Shown here: positions 62,730-64,000 of the stretch, piece after piece
How positions within the stretch are numbered: the first letter of the stretch is position 1
Layout of the letters: the number at the start of each line of letters is the position of its first letter
Assembly (NCBI GenBank): GCA_021162685.1
Contig: JAGGYF010000026.1
Location: 1-64,000 of the forward strand
Reading direction: 5' to 3'
DNA length: 64,000 bases
Source of the DNA: Candidatus Iainarchaeum sp.
GTDB lineage: Archaea > B1Sed10-29 > WALL01
Position numbers and translations under genes: made by a program
The notes under the pieces: generated by a model
What the model saw: only the letters and a program-made list of their open reading frames with translations
Told to the model about the DNA's origin: nothing
Databases searched by the model: none

Positions 62730-63211
62730 GCAGACACCTCCATGTCACCAGTAACAACAAGTGTTTGGTTGCACAATGCATCAACGCCTGTCTTCATGTC
62801 CACAAGGGGGTATTGAGCAATAACACTCTCTAGCATATTGCTTTCTATCCTCTGATAGGTTAAATTAACTGTCAGGATATCTGTAGTTTCATTTACATGA
62901 ACGCTACATGAGACAAGGTCAAGTGATAACTTTGGCCAGTTGCCCCCAGTTGTTGGAACAATAGGAGATGTTGCAGTTCCACCAATGTTCTGTATGTCTA
63001 TCTTTAACTCATCATCAGGTTGTGGTGAAATTGCTCTGAAATGGTTTATTGCAGAACCAACTGCAATGGCAATTGCCTCTGCCTTATATTTCACGGATAT
63101 TGCTGATGCATTCTCAACCTGCATGAGCGCGAATCCCATAAGGATGGATGCAACTAACATGAGAACAATTGAGGATAACAGGAAATCAAGTGATATCGTG
63201 GCTCTATGCAT
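62726..63211 (-). CDS. Class III signal-peptide (pilin-like) protein
   Basis: MHRA/TISLDFLLS N-terminus. Confidence 0.65.
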   Translation of the reverse strand: MHRATISLDFLLSSIVLMLVASILMGFALMQVENASAISVKYKAEAIAIAVGSAINHFRAISPQPDDELKIDIQNIGGTATSPIVPTTGGNWPKLSLDLVSCSVHVNETTDILTVNLTYQRIESNMLESVIAQYPLVDMKTGVDALCNQTLVVTGDMEVSA

Positions 63212-63232
63212 ATGTTATACTATTGCCTACTA

Positions 63233-63580
63233 TTATTTAATAATTTCTAAAGGCACTTGGTTACCATGCCTATCAAATGCCCTTATCTCATTTATCCCAA
63301 CAATAATATGGATTTTACCATGCCGCGCAAAGAAATTGAGGTCTGCTTTTGATGGTATTGGTGGACCAGGATGAGAGTGGATAGAACCAACGATAGTTGG
63401 GTCAAGGGGGACCATATACTCCTTCAATGTTGACCTTGACTGTTCAAATGTACTTCCAGGTATAACCAATACCTCTGTTATAACATTGTTTTTTGCCCTG
63501 AGTAAACCTATGAACTCATTTGGATAGGTGTTTCTACATGCCTCAACAATGAAATCCAATGTTTCCTTCTTTATTTTCAT
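63233..63580 (-). CDS. JAMM/MPN+ metalloprotease
   Basis: YPNE and HSHP..PSKAD JAMM motif. Confidence 0.9.
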   Translation of the reverse strand: MKIKKETLDFIVEACRNTYPNEFIGLLRAKNNVITEVLVIPGSTFEQSRSTLKEYMVPLDPTIVGSIHSHPGPPIPSKADLNFFARHGKIHIIVGINEIRAFDRHGNQVPLEIIK

Positions 63581-64000
63581 ACATAGTATAACAGCACTGG
63601 AATTAATAAACTTGCCATGCACGTGTTTCTCCTCGTTTTTGTCATTATGCACATCAGTCCAATAGCAGTAGATGCCATTAGTACAATCATTCCATTTATC
63701 CCACAAAACCATAAAACCATAAATAGAATGAATACCAACGATATTGTGTTTAATAGCTCTGTTGACAGCTTATTCATCAATAGGATGATATGCTTGGAAA
63801 ACACCCATGCGAAAAATCCAGACAATCCTATTGAGATAAGAATTAATCCAGTGAGGTATAATATATTTTTGTTGCTAAATCCGTCTATAACAATAGCGAC
63901 TGCGCTTCTTGGTCTTCCTATGAGATATATTGATAGTATGGATATGAATGCATAAACTGTTGTTGTTCCGCCAATCATTGCAAGGTAGTCCTCATCAGAA
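63577..64000 (-). CDS. TctA-like (DUF112) membrane protein, 3' part only
   Basis: GRPRS, hydrophobic helices and terminal RRNTCMASLLIP; 5' end lies outside the window. Confidence 0.7.
   Translation of the reverse strand, partial: SDEDYLAMIGGTTTVYAFISILSIYLIGRPRSAVAIVIDGFSNKNILYLTGLILISIGLSGFFAWVFSKHIILLMNKLSTELLNTISLVFILFMVLWFCGINGMIVLMASTAIGLMCIMTKTRRNTCMASLLIPVLLYYV

Overview
Gene-dense, AT-rich archaeal chromosomal segment. Archaeal-type RpoL, Csl4, LonB, RadB, RFC, Pelota, ABCE1 and PheS establish the domain. The compact layout, short Rqc2-like protein and many class III signal-peptide proteins suggest a DPANN-type lineage such as Micrarchaeota or Iainarchaeota; this is inference only. 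The window holds a complete 14-gene Mrp-Mbh membrane-bound [NiFe]-hydrogenase operon (1714-9473) with hycI/hypB/hypA, many housekeeping and proteolysis genes, and a Cdc48 carrying a 469-aa LAGLIDADG intein. It also has two apparently paralogous cassettes of type IV pilin-like proteins (38032-40308 and 61538-63211), a small orphan-ORF island (45567-47073), two deletion-type pseudogenes and a candidate bistable small RNA near 53000. I recognised no tRNA, rRNA, CRISPR array or transposase. All calls come from motif recognition by eye, without database searches. Several starts were moved from the ORF track to more plausible ATG/GTG/TTG codons.
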